Shown one piece after another: positions 7,327 to 17,971 of a stretch of DNA of 64,000 nucleotides; the stretch's first letter is position 1, and each line of letters opens with the position of its first letter. The stretch spans positions 12,268 through 76,267 of the forward strand of contig JAZRUV010000001.1 in NCBI GenBank assembly GCA_045652705.1. The letters are read 5' to 3'. Below the pieces are notes generated by a model that had not been told where the DNA came from, did no database searches, and worked only from the letters and a program-made list of their open reading frames with translations. The stretch comes from Clostridia bacterium. GTDB lineage: Bacteria; Bacillota; Clostridia; TANB77; CAG-465. Position numbers and translations under genes: made by a program.

Positions 7327-10300
7327 CTATTCACTTCTAAGCGCAAGTACCGGATCTTTCTTAGCTGCTTGTTTTGATGGAATTAAGCCACCAATAAGTG
7401 TTAGTATTACACTAAGTATTACAAGTACAATTGCTCCCTCTGTTGGAAGTACTGCCGTTATATTCATATTATTTGTAACAGCATGTATTATACTGTTTAT
7501 TGGGAATAACAGTAATAATGACACGCCTATTCCAAGAAGTCCAGCAAATAGACCAACTATAAATGTTTCTGCATTGAATATAGAAGATATATTTTTCTTT
7601 GATGCTCCTATTGCTCTAAGTACACCTATTTCTTTAGTACGCTCTAGTACGGAAATATATGTAATGATTCCTATCATAATTGACGATACTATTAATGAGA
7701 TACTTACAAATGCTATAAGTACATAGCTTACACTATCTACTATTACTTTTACTGATGACATCAATATGCCAGTTATGTCTGTATATTTTATAACTTTTTC
7801 ATCATCTTCTTTTTCCATTTTGTCGTTATATGCGTCTAAGAAACTAATAAAGTTTTCTTTAGATGCGAAATCTTTAAAATAGAAAGATATTGCTGTTGGT
7901 TCATCCAAGTCTTGGTAACCTAAAGATGTTAAATTAGTTTCAGCAGTCTTAGTAGTTGAATTTGTCATAGCTTGGAACAATCTTTTTAGTTCTTCTTCGT
8001 CTAAATTAAATTTAAACGCTTTTGCAATTTTATTTTCATCTACTTTAAATGCAGATGCCATAGTTGACATTAGTTTGCCACTTAACTCCCCTACTGAAGT
8101 TAAAATTGTTTTGTTCATTGTGGCTTCTACCATCTTTCCACCCATAGTTTTTGCTGCTGTCAAAATCATTTCTTGCGATACAAATGCTTCAACCATTTGA
8201 TCCACCGCATTTTTTACAAGCATAGCACTTGGGTCTTCAGAATTAGGGTCCATCATAGAAATATATTGACTCAAGAAACCTTTAATAATAGGTGAATACA
8301 CCTGAATAAAAGCATCTATAGGCACAACATATTCTTTTTCTAGATTTTTAAGTAGTGTTTGAGCTTGTTCAGATTTCATATATTCATTTACAACACTATC
8401 TACTTGGCTTAATTTTATTGAAGCAAAACCTACTACTTGACTATTATCTATATAACTATTTAATAATCCTTTTGTTAGTGCTGTTAAGGCATCTATAAAC
8501 GCTTTTTCTGCTTTAGACGTATCTGTTGTAATAGCCTTAGATATTTCACCCATATAGCCTTCTGTCATTTTAGTTATATCTTTTTCATTTATTTTAACAC
8601 CAAAAGCCGAAGACAACATATTTGTATCTACAGATATCATATCCTCAAATTTTAGTCCCGTTTGTTTCTCTTCATCATCAAAATATTTATTACTAAATAC
8701 ATTTATATTTCTGTTTTCTAGCTGTTTCTTTACAATTTCAGATTCAGAAGCTTCGTTTATTACATACTCTGTTAGTTCCTTTTTATATAACACTCCTGAC
8801 ATTAAATTAGAAGAATTAGAACTATCTTTTGGAGCTGCAATTCCAACTATCTTTAATTTTAAAGAATCGTTATATAGACTTTCCATAAACTTCTTATCTG
8901 ATGTCATATCTTCATATACTTTGTATTTACTGTTATATTTATATGTATCTGTTGCATGTATAAGTTTAAGATCTATGTTCATAAGCTCATCATATGTAAG
9001 TTCTAATGGAACTGTGTTATCTTCAGTAGCTTCTCCTTGCATTATATTAGTAAGCATTTTCTCTAGGTCTTTTACATCTTTTAAGCCTAAACTGTATAGC
9101 AATAAATCAGAAATTTCGTTTTCTGCCGGAAGAACTAGAAGTACTTCATCATATTTTTCAGGCCATTTACCTTTTAGCATCTTATATGGACTTTTTGCCA
9201 TCGTATCATTATCTACCATTTCAGTAAATACAGATACAGTACCACTTGCCATAGACATTATTGAATCTCCACCATACATTGACGCCAGTATTTCGCTTGG
9301 ATTTAATTTTGTTATATCACCTTTTACATTTTTAGTATATATAAGAGGATTTATATTATATTTGTATTGTGTTAAAGATACCATATCATCTACTTTTTTC
9401 TTATTATCTTGCAAGTAGTATTTTAAAGACTTAAGATCGTTTTCTCCTATTTTTGAAAACATATTAGTAAAGTTTTTATTTTCCTTTACAACTCCATCTT
9501 CTCTTTCTTCAGTATCGCCCGGCACCATAGAAAGAAGCATTGATGTGGCATCTGCTGTTTCAGCCATTATACTTAATGGATATGATGTTAATGTGTCTTC
9601 TTGTATCTTATCTATATAGTTTTGAAATCCTGTAGATAAAGATAGTATGAGAGCTATACCAATTATACCAATTGAACCAGCAAAAGCTGTAAGTATTGTT
9701 CTTCCTTTTTTAGTCAGTAAATTATTAAAACTCAAAGCTAAAGCTGTCATAATAGACATTGATGCTTTTCCCAAGTTCTTATACTTAGGCTTCTCTTTCT
9801 TTTTATCTTCTATTATAAAAGGATTTGAATCGTCTATTATTTTACCATCTCTTAATTTAACAATTCTTGTAGAATAAGTCTCTGCAAGTTCTGGATTATG
9901 AGTAACCATTATTACAAGTCTATCATTTGCCACTTCTTTTAAAAGTTCCATAACCTGTACACTTGTCTCTGTATCTAAGGCGCCTGTAGGTTCATCTGCA
10001 AGAAGTATATCTGGGTTATTGACTAAAGCTCTTGCAATAGCAACCCTTTGCATTTGTCCACCAGACATTTGGTTAGGTCTCTTATGGGCTTGATCTTTTA
10101 ACCCTACTTTATCTAATGCCTCTAATGCTCTTTTCTTTCTTTCGCTTTTCGAAATACCACCAATAGTTAAGGCTAGTTCAACATTTGCTAGAACAGTTTG
10201 GTGTGGTATTAAGTTATAGCTTTGGAATACAAAGCCTACAGTATGGTTTCTATATGAGTCCCAGTCTCTATCTTTGTAGTCTTTAGTAGATACGTTGTTT

Positions 10301-10491
10301 ATAATTAAATCTCCTGTATCATATCTATCTAAACCACCTACTATATTAAGTAATGTCGTTTTACCACTGCCTGAAGGTCCAAGAATAGATACAAATTCGT
10401 TATCTCTAAAGTTTAAACTTACATCATTTAACGCAATTTGTACTAGCTCCCCTGTTTTATATTTTTTAGATATATTTTTTATTTGTAGCAT
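7327..10491 (-). CDS. Fused ABC transporter ATP-binding domain + FtsX/MacB-type permease with a very large extracytoplasmic domain
   Basis: N-terminal Walker A GPSGSGKTT, signature LSGGQMQR, Walker B ILLADEPT. C-terminal FtsX-like TM bundle (...GVLRAIGASKKNI...). 1054 aa. Confidence 0.88.
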   Translation of the reverse strand: MLQIKNISKKYKTGELVQIALNDVSLNFRDNEFVSILGPSGSGKTTLLNIVGGLDRYDTGDLIINNVSTKDYKDRDWDSYRNHTVGFVFQSYNLIPHQTVLANVELALTIGGISKSERKKRALEALDKVGLKDQAHKRPNQMSGGQMQRVAIARALVNNPDILLADEPTGALDTETSVQVMELLKEVANDRLVIMVTHNPELAETYSTRIVKLRDGKIIDDSNPFIIEDKKKEKPKYKNLGKASMSIMTALALSFNNLLTKKGRTILTAFAGSIGIIGIALILSLSTGFQNYIDKIQEDTLTSYPLSIMAETADATSMLLSMVPGDTEEREDGVVKENKNFTNMFSKIGENDLKSLKYYLQDNKKKVDDMVSLTQYKYNINPLIYTKNVKGDITKLNPSEILASMYGGDSIMSMASGTVSVFTEMVDNDTMAKSPYKMLKGKWPEKYDEVLLVLPAENEISDLLLYSLGLKDVKDLEKMLTNIMQGEATEDNTVPLELTYDELMNIDLKLIHATDTYKYNSKYKVYEDMTSDKKFMESLYNDSLKLKIVGIAAPKDSSNSSNLMSGVLYKKELTEYVINEASESEIVKKQLENRNINVFSNKYFDDEEKQTGLKFEDMISVDTNMLSSAFGVKINEKDITKMTEGYMGEISKAITTDTSKAEKAFIDALTALTKGLLNSYIDNSQVVGFASIKLSQVDSVVNEYMKSEQAQTLLKNLEKEYVVPIDAFIQVYSPIIKGFLSQYISMMDPNSEDPSAMLVKNAVDQMVEAFVSQEMILTAAKTMGGKMVEATMNKTILTSVGELSGKLMSTMASAFKVDENKIAKAFKFNLDEEELKRLFQAMTNSTTKTAETNLTSLGYQDLDEPTAISFYFKDFASKENFISFLDAYNDKMEKEDDEKVIKYTDITGILMSSVKVIVDSVSYVLIAFVSISLIVSSIMIGIITYISVLERTKEIGVLRAIGASKKNISSIFNAETFIVGLFAGLLGIGVSLLLLFPINSIIHAVTNNMNITAVLPTEGAIVLVILSVILTLIGGLIPSKQAAKKDPVLALRSE

Positions 10492-10672
10492 ATTTCCTCC
10501 GCTAAAAATTAAATAAACACAATTCCTTTAATCATATAATTTTACTACAAAAAAATAGTAATAGCAACGATTATACGCAATTTCACATATTATTTATAAC
10601 AAATAATTAGAAATATATGGAAACTCCTATATCTATTATATGGAAATATTTTTGCAGTATACTATACATAGC

Positions 10673-10702
10673 AAAAAGGATGGTAAAATTACCATCCTTT
10701 TT
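10673..10702 (-). terminator. Rho-independent terminator after the 12670->10710 operon
   Basis: AAAAAGGATGGT-AAAATT-ACCATCCTTTTT, with A/T runs on both sides. Confidence 0.75.
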
Positions 10703-10709
10703 AGTTTTA

Positions 10710-11303
10710 CTAATTATCGTAAGCTTGGTCACTGTAATACGAGCACATTATCATAAGCACTGTAATGTGGTCAAGTGTACAATTGTCTGAAACTTTTACA
10801 GTAAAGTCGTTGAAGAAAAAATTAGATGAGTATGTTGCTATAAGCGTTCCATCTTTATCTCTCATTTCACCAGAAGTGTTAAAGTCATTAAATTTTACTT
10901 TGGCTACGAGATTCTCTTCAGTATCATATATTTTGTACTCTTCTCCCAATAGCTCTACTTGACCTACCATATCTACAGTGAAACTATCATTTACATAGAT
11001 GCCATGTGAATCCTGAGCTATAAAATGATAGGCATCTCCTGCATAGGCGATTTTATCTCCAGATGAGCTATACATAGTAAGTGGATCGGTTACAAGGGCA
11101 AATATATTCCCTTTTACCTCACCTATTTCGGTACCGTCACGTTCAACCTCAATGGTTGTAGAAAGTCTAAAGTTTTTTACATCACATTTATATTCTGTAA
11201 TATTCCCCGCAAGTTTAGGCATAAGGAACATTGAGATTATGCCTAACAATATTATAGCAGTTATAATAGCAAAATAAATTATATACCACTTTTTCTTATT
11301 CAT
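10710..11303 (-). CDS. Membrane-anchored protein, possibly LURP-one/YxjI (tubby-like) family
   Basis: Start moved to MNKKKWYIIYF (ATG 11303, SD AGAGGTG) with an 8-nt overlap on the upstream gene. TM helix followed by a beta-rich domain that loosely resembles B. subtilis YxjI. Confidence 0.45.
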   Translation of the reverse strand: MNKKKWYIIYFAIITAIILLGIISMFLMPKLAGNITEYKCDVKNFRLSTTIEVERDGTEIGEVKGNIFALVTDPLTMYSSSGDKIAYAGDAYHFIAQDSHGIYVNDSFTVDMVGQVELLGEEYKIYDTEENLVAKVKFNDFNTSGEMRDKDGTLIATYSSNFFFNDFTVKVSDNCTLDHITVLMIMCSYYSDQAYDN

Positions 11304-11700
11304 ATCCAACACCTCTTTCTTTATCACGTTTTGGATATTCTGGAGCTTTAGGCATAATTCCTCTAACCTCATATCTGTCATCCGGAGCTTGATAAGGTAA
11401 AAATCCTCCTGTACTTTTGCCAGGTTCTGAATAATCCATAATTTCTACTGGTTTAAACCCTACAGGTTTCCACAAAGCAGGATTAAACCGCTTTTCTTGT
11501 TTTACTATGGGTATGTTATTTTCATCCTCCACATTATCTGTTGCATTAAGATTTCTGCCGCATAACGGGCAAACTTTAACTTCTAACTCGGCAGAATTCC
11601 ATGGTAAACATACTTGCATAATATTATTCCGAATAATAATCTTACATCTCATTCCTCGAGATTCAAATTCATATCCAACTCCATTACAACAATTGCACAT
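11296..11700 (-). CDS. Small Cys-rich (zinc-ribbon-like) protein with a C-terminal NPALW...EVxGxxPKAPE module
   Basis: 134 aa with SD AAGGAGAA 9 nt upstream, CNCC...CPLCG cysteines, and a C-terminal about 55 aa paralogous to the neighbouring small ORF. Confidence 0.55.
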   Translation of the reverse strand: MCNCCNGVGYEFESRGMRCKIIIRNNIMQVCLPWNSAELEVKVCPLCGRNLNATDNVEDENNIPIVKQEKRFNPALWKPVGFKPVEIMDYSEPGKSTGGFLPYQAPDDRYEVRGIMPKAPEYPKRDKERGVGYE

Positions 11701-11715
11701 TTCTTTGCATTCTCC

Positions 11716-11907
11716 TTAATATGAATTATAGATCTTTTTAACCTCTGGGGCTTTAGGCAGAAGCCCGGGGACTTCAAATTGTTCTTCAAGTGGTTGATGC
11801 TCAATAAAACCGTTATGTTTAGTTACAAATGAAGTAGTTGCAATCTTAGTAGAATCAATTTCAAATAGTTCCCATAAGGCGGGATTCCACTTCTTTTCAC
11901 TCTTCAT
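11716..11907 (-). CDS. Small protein consisting of the NPALW...EVxGxxPKAPE module
   Basis: Start chosen at MKSEKKW (ATG 11907; GGAGG 9 nt upstream). Overlaps the stop of the MBL gene. Shares KKWNPALW and FEVPGLLPKAPE with 11296..11700. Confidence 0.5.
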   Translation of the reverse strand: MKSEKKWNPALWELFEIDSTKIATTSFVTKHNGFIEHQPLEEQFEVPGLLPKAPEVKKIYNSY

Positions 11908-12670
11908 ATTCTTCATCCTCCAACGAAAAAATATCTCCTTCATTAGCTACAACAACATTGTCAAATATTGCTTTTGCCTCTCCAACATAGCTTTCAGGAG
12001 ATTCCTCAGGCCAAAAATGCGTAAGCATAAGTTTCTTTACATTTGCTTCTTTGGCAATAATTGCAGCTTGCTTTGCAGTAAGATGCGGATTAATTTCCGG
12101 AAATCCATGCCTTTCAAGAAGGCTAGATTCACATATGAGTAAATCTGCATTTTTTGCAAACCCAATTATCTTATTCCTCGTATTTAAAACAAAAGAAATA
12201 TCTGAAGTATAAACAACCGTACGAATACCATCTTCTACTTTAATAGAATAAGATTCATTGCTATGCCCATTCAAACAAAATGATACTTTGAGCTTACCAA
12301 TCTTCACCCCTATATAATCATTAAGAATGGTAGCATAATTTGCAAACGCGTTGTCTTCAAGAACAATATCTTCATGAATATCTGTAGGCATCATCGGAAG
12401 ATAAATAGAAATGGGCTTTTCTAACCGTTTCTGCTTATGAAATACATAGGATGCATATTGTAAGTTGTATACATCGTTGTAATGGTCGCGATGTAAATGA
12501 CTTATAAACACATGAAGATTTCTCAGATCTTCGGGGTAATTTAACAGCCTATGGCTGCCGCTTCCGCAATCCAACATTACTTTTGCATCACCTTCGGTGA
12601 TAAGAAAGCCAGGACAATTGTGACCTTCAGTGGCATATGGAGATTGAGTCCCTAAAACCTTTACTTGCAT
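11897..12670 (-). CDS. MBL-fold metallo-hydrolase
   Basis: HxHxDH motif (SHLHRDHY), 257 aa, SD GGAGGT upstream. G+C well above the local background (about 48% in a hand-counted 60-nt stretch). Confidence 0.8.
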   Translation of the reverse strand: MQVKVLGTQSPYATEGHNCPGFLITEGDAKVMLDCGSGSHRLLNYPEDLRNLHVFISHLHRDHYNDVYNLQYASYVFHKQKRLEKPISIYLPMMPTDIHEDIVLEDNAFANYATILNDYIGVKIGKLKVSFCLNGHSNESYSIKVEDGIRTVVYTSDISFVLNTRNKIIGFAKNADLLICESSLLERHGFPEINPHLTAKQAAIIAKEANVKKLMLTHFWPEESPESYVGEAKAIFDNVVVANEGDIFSLEDEEYEE

Positions 12671-12858
12671 ATTTTACCTCCAAAATTATTTTTATTTAAA
12701 AGATAGTTACTTTTAATTTATATAAATTGCGTAGTTATTATAACATACATTATGTCAATTTACAAGCTGTTTGCATTGCAATATCTTCATGACTATGATA
12801 TAATTAGTTATACTATAAATTTAAGGTTAATTGTTAATACAACAAAGGAGATGTATAT

Positions 12859-13461
12859 ATGAGCGATAACTCTATCGAAAGAGCCTGGAAATACTTTCTT
12901 GAACGGACGAAAAAAGTTTATATAGAAAAGCGTGTAGAAATAGAAACATTTGAAGAATACCTCGCCCACAGATATCGTGACAATTGCTATTACTATAGTG
13001 GCTATGCAATTATGGGACTTATGCCTCAAGACTATCTTTTAAGAGGTGAGCTTACTTTAAAAGATGATTGGCCATGGCAAAATGGCGGTTATAGACATGG
13101 CTGGGTTGAATTTGAGTTTGAAGGTGAATGCTACGTTTTTGATTCTATGCTTAAAACCCCTGTGCCTAAACAAGAATATTACGACTATTACAAACCTCAA
13201 ATCAGTTACAAGAAATCTCAAAAAGAAATTTTAGATATATTCTTAAATGTACCTGGCGCTATAAAAATCGATGATTATTTTTGGCAATTCAAGTATTGCA
13301 TTACGCATATAAGCCCTAAGGAACTTTCATATGATGAAATTATTGAATATGATCGTAATAATGGTTACGTTCCTAGTGTATTAATGCTTGCTAGAATTCA
13401 AATTAATAAGTATACTGGCGAGGTAACACGGTTTATCGCATATTCAGAACCATCAGGTTAA
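12859..13461 (+). CDS. Hypothetical protein (possible Cys/His/Asp papain- or transglutaminase-like core)
   Basis: 200-aa ORF with SD AAAGGAGATG. The spacing of NCYYYSG...RHGWVEF...VFDS suggests a Cys-His-Asp triad, by inference only. Confidence 0.5.
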   Translation: MSDNSIERAWKYFLERTKKVYIEKRVEIETFEEYLAHRYRDNCYYYSGYAIMGLMPQDYLLRGELTLKDDWPWQNGGYRHGWVEFEFEGECYVFDSMLKTPVPKQEYYDYYKPQISYKKSQKEILDIFLNVPGAIKIDDYFWQFKYCITHISPKELSYDEIIEYDRNNGYVPSVLMLARIQINKYTGEVTRFIAYSEPSG

Positions 13462-13466
13462 AACTA

Positions 13467-13502
13467 AAACAGATTAGATATTAATTTTATCTAATCTGTT
13501 TT
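13467..13502. terminator. Bidirectional rho-independent terminator
   Basis: AAAACAGATTAGAT-loop-ATCTAATCTGTTTT, followed by a T run. Confidence 0.8.
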
Positions 13503-13514
13503 TATATGTTCAAA

Positions 13515-14069
13515 TTAATATAGTACTGTGTAATAGTTATAATTTTTAATTACACTATTTAAATAGTTTCTTGTTTCTTTATATTTAATGCATTCATATA
13601 CATCCGAGAATGTTTCATATGCTTTATATTCCTTGTCAAGCCACGCCTTTGTGTTTCCCATTCCCGCATTATATGCTACAACTGCGAGGTAATAATTCCC
13701 TTCAAAATGACTTATTAAATAAGATATGTATTTAGTGCCTAAAAATATATTTGTATAAGGGTCATATACATCATACTCTTTCTCATCTATACTGTCTGTT
13801 TTTCTTGCCATATCATAAGCTGTGGCATCCATAAGTTGCATTAATCCCTTTGCTCCACTATGTGAAGTAGCACTTTCATTAAACTTACTTTCTTGCTTAA
13901 TAATTGCGTATACTAAATTAGGGTCAACATTATATATACTTGATGCTTGTTCAACTATATCTTTGTATTTTCTAGGATATACCATATTTCTATATATCCA
14001 TAAAACGACAATACAAACTGACGCAACAACTATTATTATTTGTAATATTCTTTTTAGTATTTTTTTCAA
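13515..14069 (-). CDS. Lytic transglycosylase (SLT domain), membrane anchored
   Basis: N-terminal TM helix and SLT motifs AIIKQESKFN...GAKGLMQLM...AYNAG. Confidence 0.88.
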   Translation of the reverse strand: MKKILKRILQIIIVVASVCIVVLWIYRNMVYPRKYKDIVEQASSIYNVDPNLVYAIIKQESKFNESATSHSGAKGLMQLMDATAYDMARKTDSIDEKEYDVYDPYTNIFLGTKYISYLISHFEGNYYLAVVAYNAGMGNTKAWLDKEYKAYETFSDVYECIKYKETRNYLNSVIKNYNYYTVLY

Positions 14070-14082
14070 AGCGTTCTCTCTC

Positions 14083-16818
14083 CTATTTTGCTTCTACCCA
14101 GCTATTTCCAACATTTATATCTATAGCTAGTGGTACTTTTAATTTAGCTGCATTTTCCATTGCATCTTTCATATATTCTTGAACTTGTTCTAACTCTTCT
14201 AAAACAGCTTCTACAATAAGTTCGTCATGAACTTGCATTACTATTTTAGATTTAAGGCTGTTTTCTTTAAATTTCTTGTACAAATTATTCATTGCTATTT
14301 TCATTATATCCGCTGCTGTTCCTTGAATTGGCATATTCATAGCAACCCTTTCTCCAAAACTTTTTGTGTTATAGTTTGAAGATTTTAATTCTGGTACATT
14401 TCTAATTCTGCCAAACTGAGTTTTAACATAACCATTAGTCTCACCAAATTTTACAGATTCTGTCATAAAGTTTGCAATACCTGTATAGTGATTTAAATAG
14501 TTTGTAATATATTCTTTGGCTTCTGCTCTAGTAGAATTTATGTTTTTTGCCAAACCATAATCGCTTATTCCATATACAATACCAAAGTTTACAGCTTTTG
14601 CTTTAGAGCGAAGTTCTTTTGTTACATTATCCAAAGGTACATTAAATACTTGTGATGCTGTAACAGAATGTATATCTGTATCACTTAAGAATGCGTTTAT
14701 CATATTATTATCATTTGCTATACTTGCTAAAACCCTAAGTTCAATTTGGCTGTAATCCGCATCTACAAGCTTTGTATTTTCATTAGGTGCTGTAAAACAA
14801 TCTCTAATTCTACTTCCTATTTCTGTTCTTACAGGTATATTTTGAAGATTTGGTTCTACACTACTAAGTCTTCCTGTAGCCGTTACCGCTTGCATAAATG
14901 TAGTATGTATTCTTCCATCTTCACCCACTGAGCTAAGAAGTCCTTCTCCATAAGTTGAAGCGAGTTTAGCGAGTGACCTATACTCTAATACTAGTGGCAC
15001 TATTTCGTGTTTATCCTCTATAGCTTCTAGTACCTCTTTATCCGTAGAATAACTTGTCTTAGTTTTCTTATAACAAGGCAAGTCTAATTTCTCAAATAAA
15101 ATATGTCCGAGTTGTGCAGGTGAATTTATATTAAACTCCTCTCCCGCCAATTTATATATTTTAGTTGTAAGTTCTTTTATATGTTCATCTAAATATACAC
15201 AAAAATCTTTTAATTTGCTTGTATCAAGATACATTCCATTACTTTCAATATTGGCAAGAGTTTCAATAAGTGGTATTTCTATATTATTATATAACTCTTG
15301 TAAGTTAAATTCTTTAAGTTTTTCATTTAATATGTAATTTGTCCCTTTAATTCCCTTCAAATATGTATAAATATACTTTTTATCGGTATCTGTTAATTCT
15401 AATTTTTCTACCACAGGTATGATTGGAGTATCTAACATATCAAAAAGAGATGTTTGAGCGGGTTTTTTCTTTACATTTTGTTCTAATTCTGGAAAGGCTA
15501 CATCTAATAAATTGTATACTATATTAGTAATAGAATAATTAGTTTCGGTTGCGTGTAATAAATAATATGCTATCATTACATCTTGGTTAAACCCCATAGG
15601 ATTTTTGTATCCCGCATCGAAATACAGTTTTAAAACCTTTTTAGTGTTATAACCCATCTTTACTCTATTTGACTCGCAAAAAACTCTTAAAGCGTCTTTT
15701 AAATCTTCCTCACGCATATCTATAACATATATATTCTCGTCAATATATAACAATAATTTGCTTCTTAATTTATCATATGAAAAATCATTACCTATATATG
15801 TAAATGTAATATCTTCATTGCTGTTTGAAATAACATTATTCACTTCATCTAGTGTAGTTAATATCTTAAATTCTGTTTTAGATAAGTCTTTATAGAATTT
15901 AGCTGCAGAATCAGTTTCTAAATTTTTAATTTCGTCTCCAGATACATATCTTTCTAAAAACTTCTTAAAAGCAAGTCTTGTAAATAATTGACTAAGTTTA
16001 GGAAGATTTACATCTTTTAATTTAAACTCGTCATAATCCATATTAACAGGCACATCTGTATTTATTGTAGCAAGCCTGTAACTTAAATATGCCATATCTT
16101 TATTATCTTTTAGACGCTGTCTTAATTTTTCGCTTACATCTATAGTGTCTACATTTGAATATATATAATCTAAATTATTATATGATTCAAGCAGTGATAA
16201 AGCTGTCTTTTCTCCTACCAAAGGTACACCAGGGATATTATCTGATTTATCCCCCATTAGCGCTTTCATATCTATAACTTGCGCAGGAGTTATGTTGTAT
16301 GTCTCTTTAAGTTTTTCTATATCATATATAGTATATTCTGTTTTACCCATTTTAGTAGACGGCATAACAATATTTGTATTTTCGTCAATAAGTTGGAACG
16401 AATCTCTATCTCCTGTAAGTATATATGTTTTTATTCCCTGTTTAGAATTATTTTTTGCAACAGTACCTAAAATATCGTCAGCTTCATAGCCTTCTAATTC
16501 TAGTATAGGAATATTCATAGCAGAAAGTATGTCTTTTATAAGTGGCAATTGTGGTCTAAGCTCATCTGGCATAGAACGACGACCTGCTTTATACTCCCCA
16601 TACATTTCATGTCTGAATGTAGGTTTAGAGATATCAAAAGCAACTGCTACGTAATTTGGATTTAACTTTTCTTGCATCATATAATAGATATTTAAAAATC
16701 CATATGCTGCATTTGTATATGTTCCATCTTTTGTTGTTAAAATTCTTATGCCGTAGAACGCTCTATTCATTATACTGTTTCCATCTATAATTAAGAATTT
16801 ATTTTCGTTTTGTTCCAT
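14083..16818 (-). CDS. polA: DNA polymerase I
   Basis: 5'-nuclease N-terminus (LIIDGNSIMNRAFYG). Pol A motifs DYSQIELRVLA, RSKAKAVNFGIVYG and QVHDEL. ATG 16818 preferred because GGAGGA lies 5 nt upstream; the ORF extends to 16830. Confidence 0.97.
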   Translation of the reverse strand: MEQNENKFLIIDGNSIMNRAFYGIRILTTKDGTYTNAAYGFLNIYYMMQEKLNPNYVAVAFDISKPTFRHEMYGEYKAGRRSMPDELRPQLPLIKDILSAMNIPILELEGYEADDILGTVAKNNSKQGIKTYILTGDRDSFQLIDENTNIVMPSTKMGKTEYTIYDIEKLKETYNITPAQVIDMKALMGDKSDNIPGVPLVGEKTALSLLESYNNLDYIYSNVDTIDVSEKLRQRLKDNKDMAYLSYRLATINTDVPVNMDYDEFKLKDVNLPKLSQLFTRLAFKKFLERYVSGDEIKNLETDSAAKFYKDLSKTEFKILTTLDEVNNVISNSNEDITFTYIGNDFSYDKLRSKLLLYIDENIYVIDMREEDLKDALRVFCESNRVKMGYNTKKVLKLYFDAGYKNPMGFNQDVMIAYYLLHATETNYSITNIVYNLLDVAFPELEQNVKKKPAQTSLFDMLDTPIIPVVEKLELTDTDKKYIYTYLKGIKGTNYILNEKLKEFNLQELYNNIEIPLIETLANIESNGMYLDTSKLKDFCVYLDEHIKELTTKIYKLAGEEFNINSPAQLGHILFEKLDLPCYKKTKTSYSTDKEVLEAIEDKHEIVPLVLEYRSLAKLASTYGEGLLSSVGEDGRIHTTFMQAVTATGRLSSVEPNLQNIPVRTEIGSRIRDCFTAPNENTKLVDADYSQIELRVLASIANDNNMINAFLSDTDIHSVTASQVFNVPLDNVTKELRSKAKAVNFGIVYGISDYGLAKNINSTRAEAKEYITNYLNHYTGIANFMTESVKFGETNGYVKTQFGRIRNVPELKSSNYNTKSFGERVAMNMPIQGTAADIMKIAMNNLYKKFKENSLKSKIVMQVHDELIVEAVLEELEQVQEYMKDAMENAAKLKVPLAIDINVGNSWVEAK

Positions 16819-16849
16819 ATATTCCTCCATTTATTTATGCAAAGTATTG

Positions 16850-17971
16850 CTATATAAACTCTTGCCAAACAATATTTGCAAGGTCTTCCCCTTTATACGT
16901 AAGAGATATATTATCTCCTACTCTTTGTAATAGTCCGTCTTTTATTAGCTTGTCTATATTTTCTTTATATAACTCATATATGTCTTGTTTAAATTTTGTT
17001 TTAAACTCTTTAAGATTAATTCCTTGTTTTAATCTTAATCTTAAAATTATATATTCCTTTATAAGGCCTAACTTATCCATCTCTTCTATATCTTGTTTAT
17101 TACTAGTAGCATTTTGTATATTTGCAATATACCTATCTATATCTTGTATATTCGTATATCTTATACTATTTACAAAGCTAGATGCTGCTGCGCCAAAGCC
17201 TAGATACTGTTCTTGGTTCCAATATTTCAAGTTATGTTTTGACTGGGAGCCAGGCTTAGCATAATTAGATATTTCATATCTGTTAAATCCAGACTCTTCT
17301 AACTTTTTATCTAACATATATTTCATTTCACGTTCTACATTTTCATCAGGAAGTGTCACAAAATTATTATTTACTAAAAAATCTAGTTTAGTATTTTCGT
17401 GTAATTCTAAACCGTACGCAGATATATGTGTAATATGTTCTAAGTTTAATACATAATCTACTGTGTTTTCAAACATATCTAACGTTTCATCTGGAAGACC
17501 TATCATTACATCACAAGAAATATTCCTAAATCCAGCTTTAACAGCGTTGTTATATGCTTTTTCAAACTCTTTTAGTGATGCTATTCTTCCTATTTTTTTA
17601 AGCGTAGTATCATTTGCAGATTGTAGCCCTATACTTATACGATTTACACCCGCATCAAAATAATCTTTTAGTTTTTGTTCTGTTACCGACTCAGGATTAA
17701 CCTCTATTGTTATTTCTGCATCCTCTGTCGCAAACAACTTTAGTACATCTAAAATCTTTACTATATATTTTGAATCTATTACGCTAGGTGTTCCGCCACC
17801 TATATATATTGTGTTTAATCCTCTAACAGATAAAAGTTCTGCCTCAGACATTATTTCTTTTATTACTGCATCTATATATGCTTCTACATTAGTTTTATTT
17901 ACACACGAATAAAAATCGCAATAAAAGCATTTAGACGCGCAAAAAGGTATGTGTATATATGCTCCAAGCAC
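16850..17971 (-). CDS. hemW: Radical SAM HemN-like protein (heme chaperone HemW family)
   Basis: YIHIPFCASKCFYCDF radical-SAM CxxxCxxC motif, 373 aa, HemN_C-like tail. Confidence 0.88.
   Translation of the reverse strand: MLGAYIHIPFCASKCFYCDFYSCVNKTNVEAYIDAVIKEIMSEAELLSVRGLNTIYIGGGTPSVIDSKYIVKILDVLKLFATEDAEITIEVNPESVTEQKLKDYFDAGVNRISIGLQSANDTTLKKIGRIASLKEFEKAYNNAVKAGFRNISCDVMIGLPDETLDMFENTVDYVLNLEHITHISAYGLELHENTKLDFLVNNNFVTLPDENVEREMKYMLDKKLEESGFNRYEISNYAKPGSQSKHNLKYWNQEQYLGFGAAASSFVNSIRYTNIQDIDRYIANIQNATSNKQDIEEMDKLGLIKEYIILRLRLKQGINLKEFKTKFKQDIYELYKENIDKLIKDGLLQRVGDNISLTYKGEDLANIVWQEFI

Noticed and set aside
12808-13029. 73-aa minus-strand ORF
   Set aside because: It overlaps the SD-preceded start of the 12859..13461 gene and the divergent promoter region. 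It has no SD and a low-complexity hydrophobic sequence.
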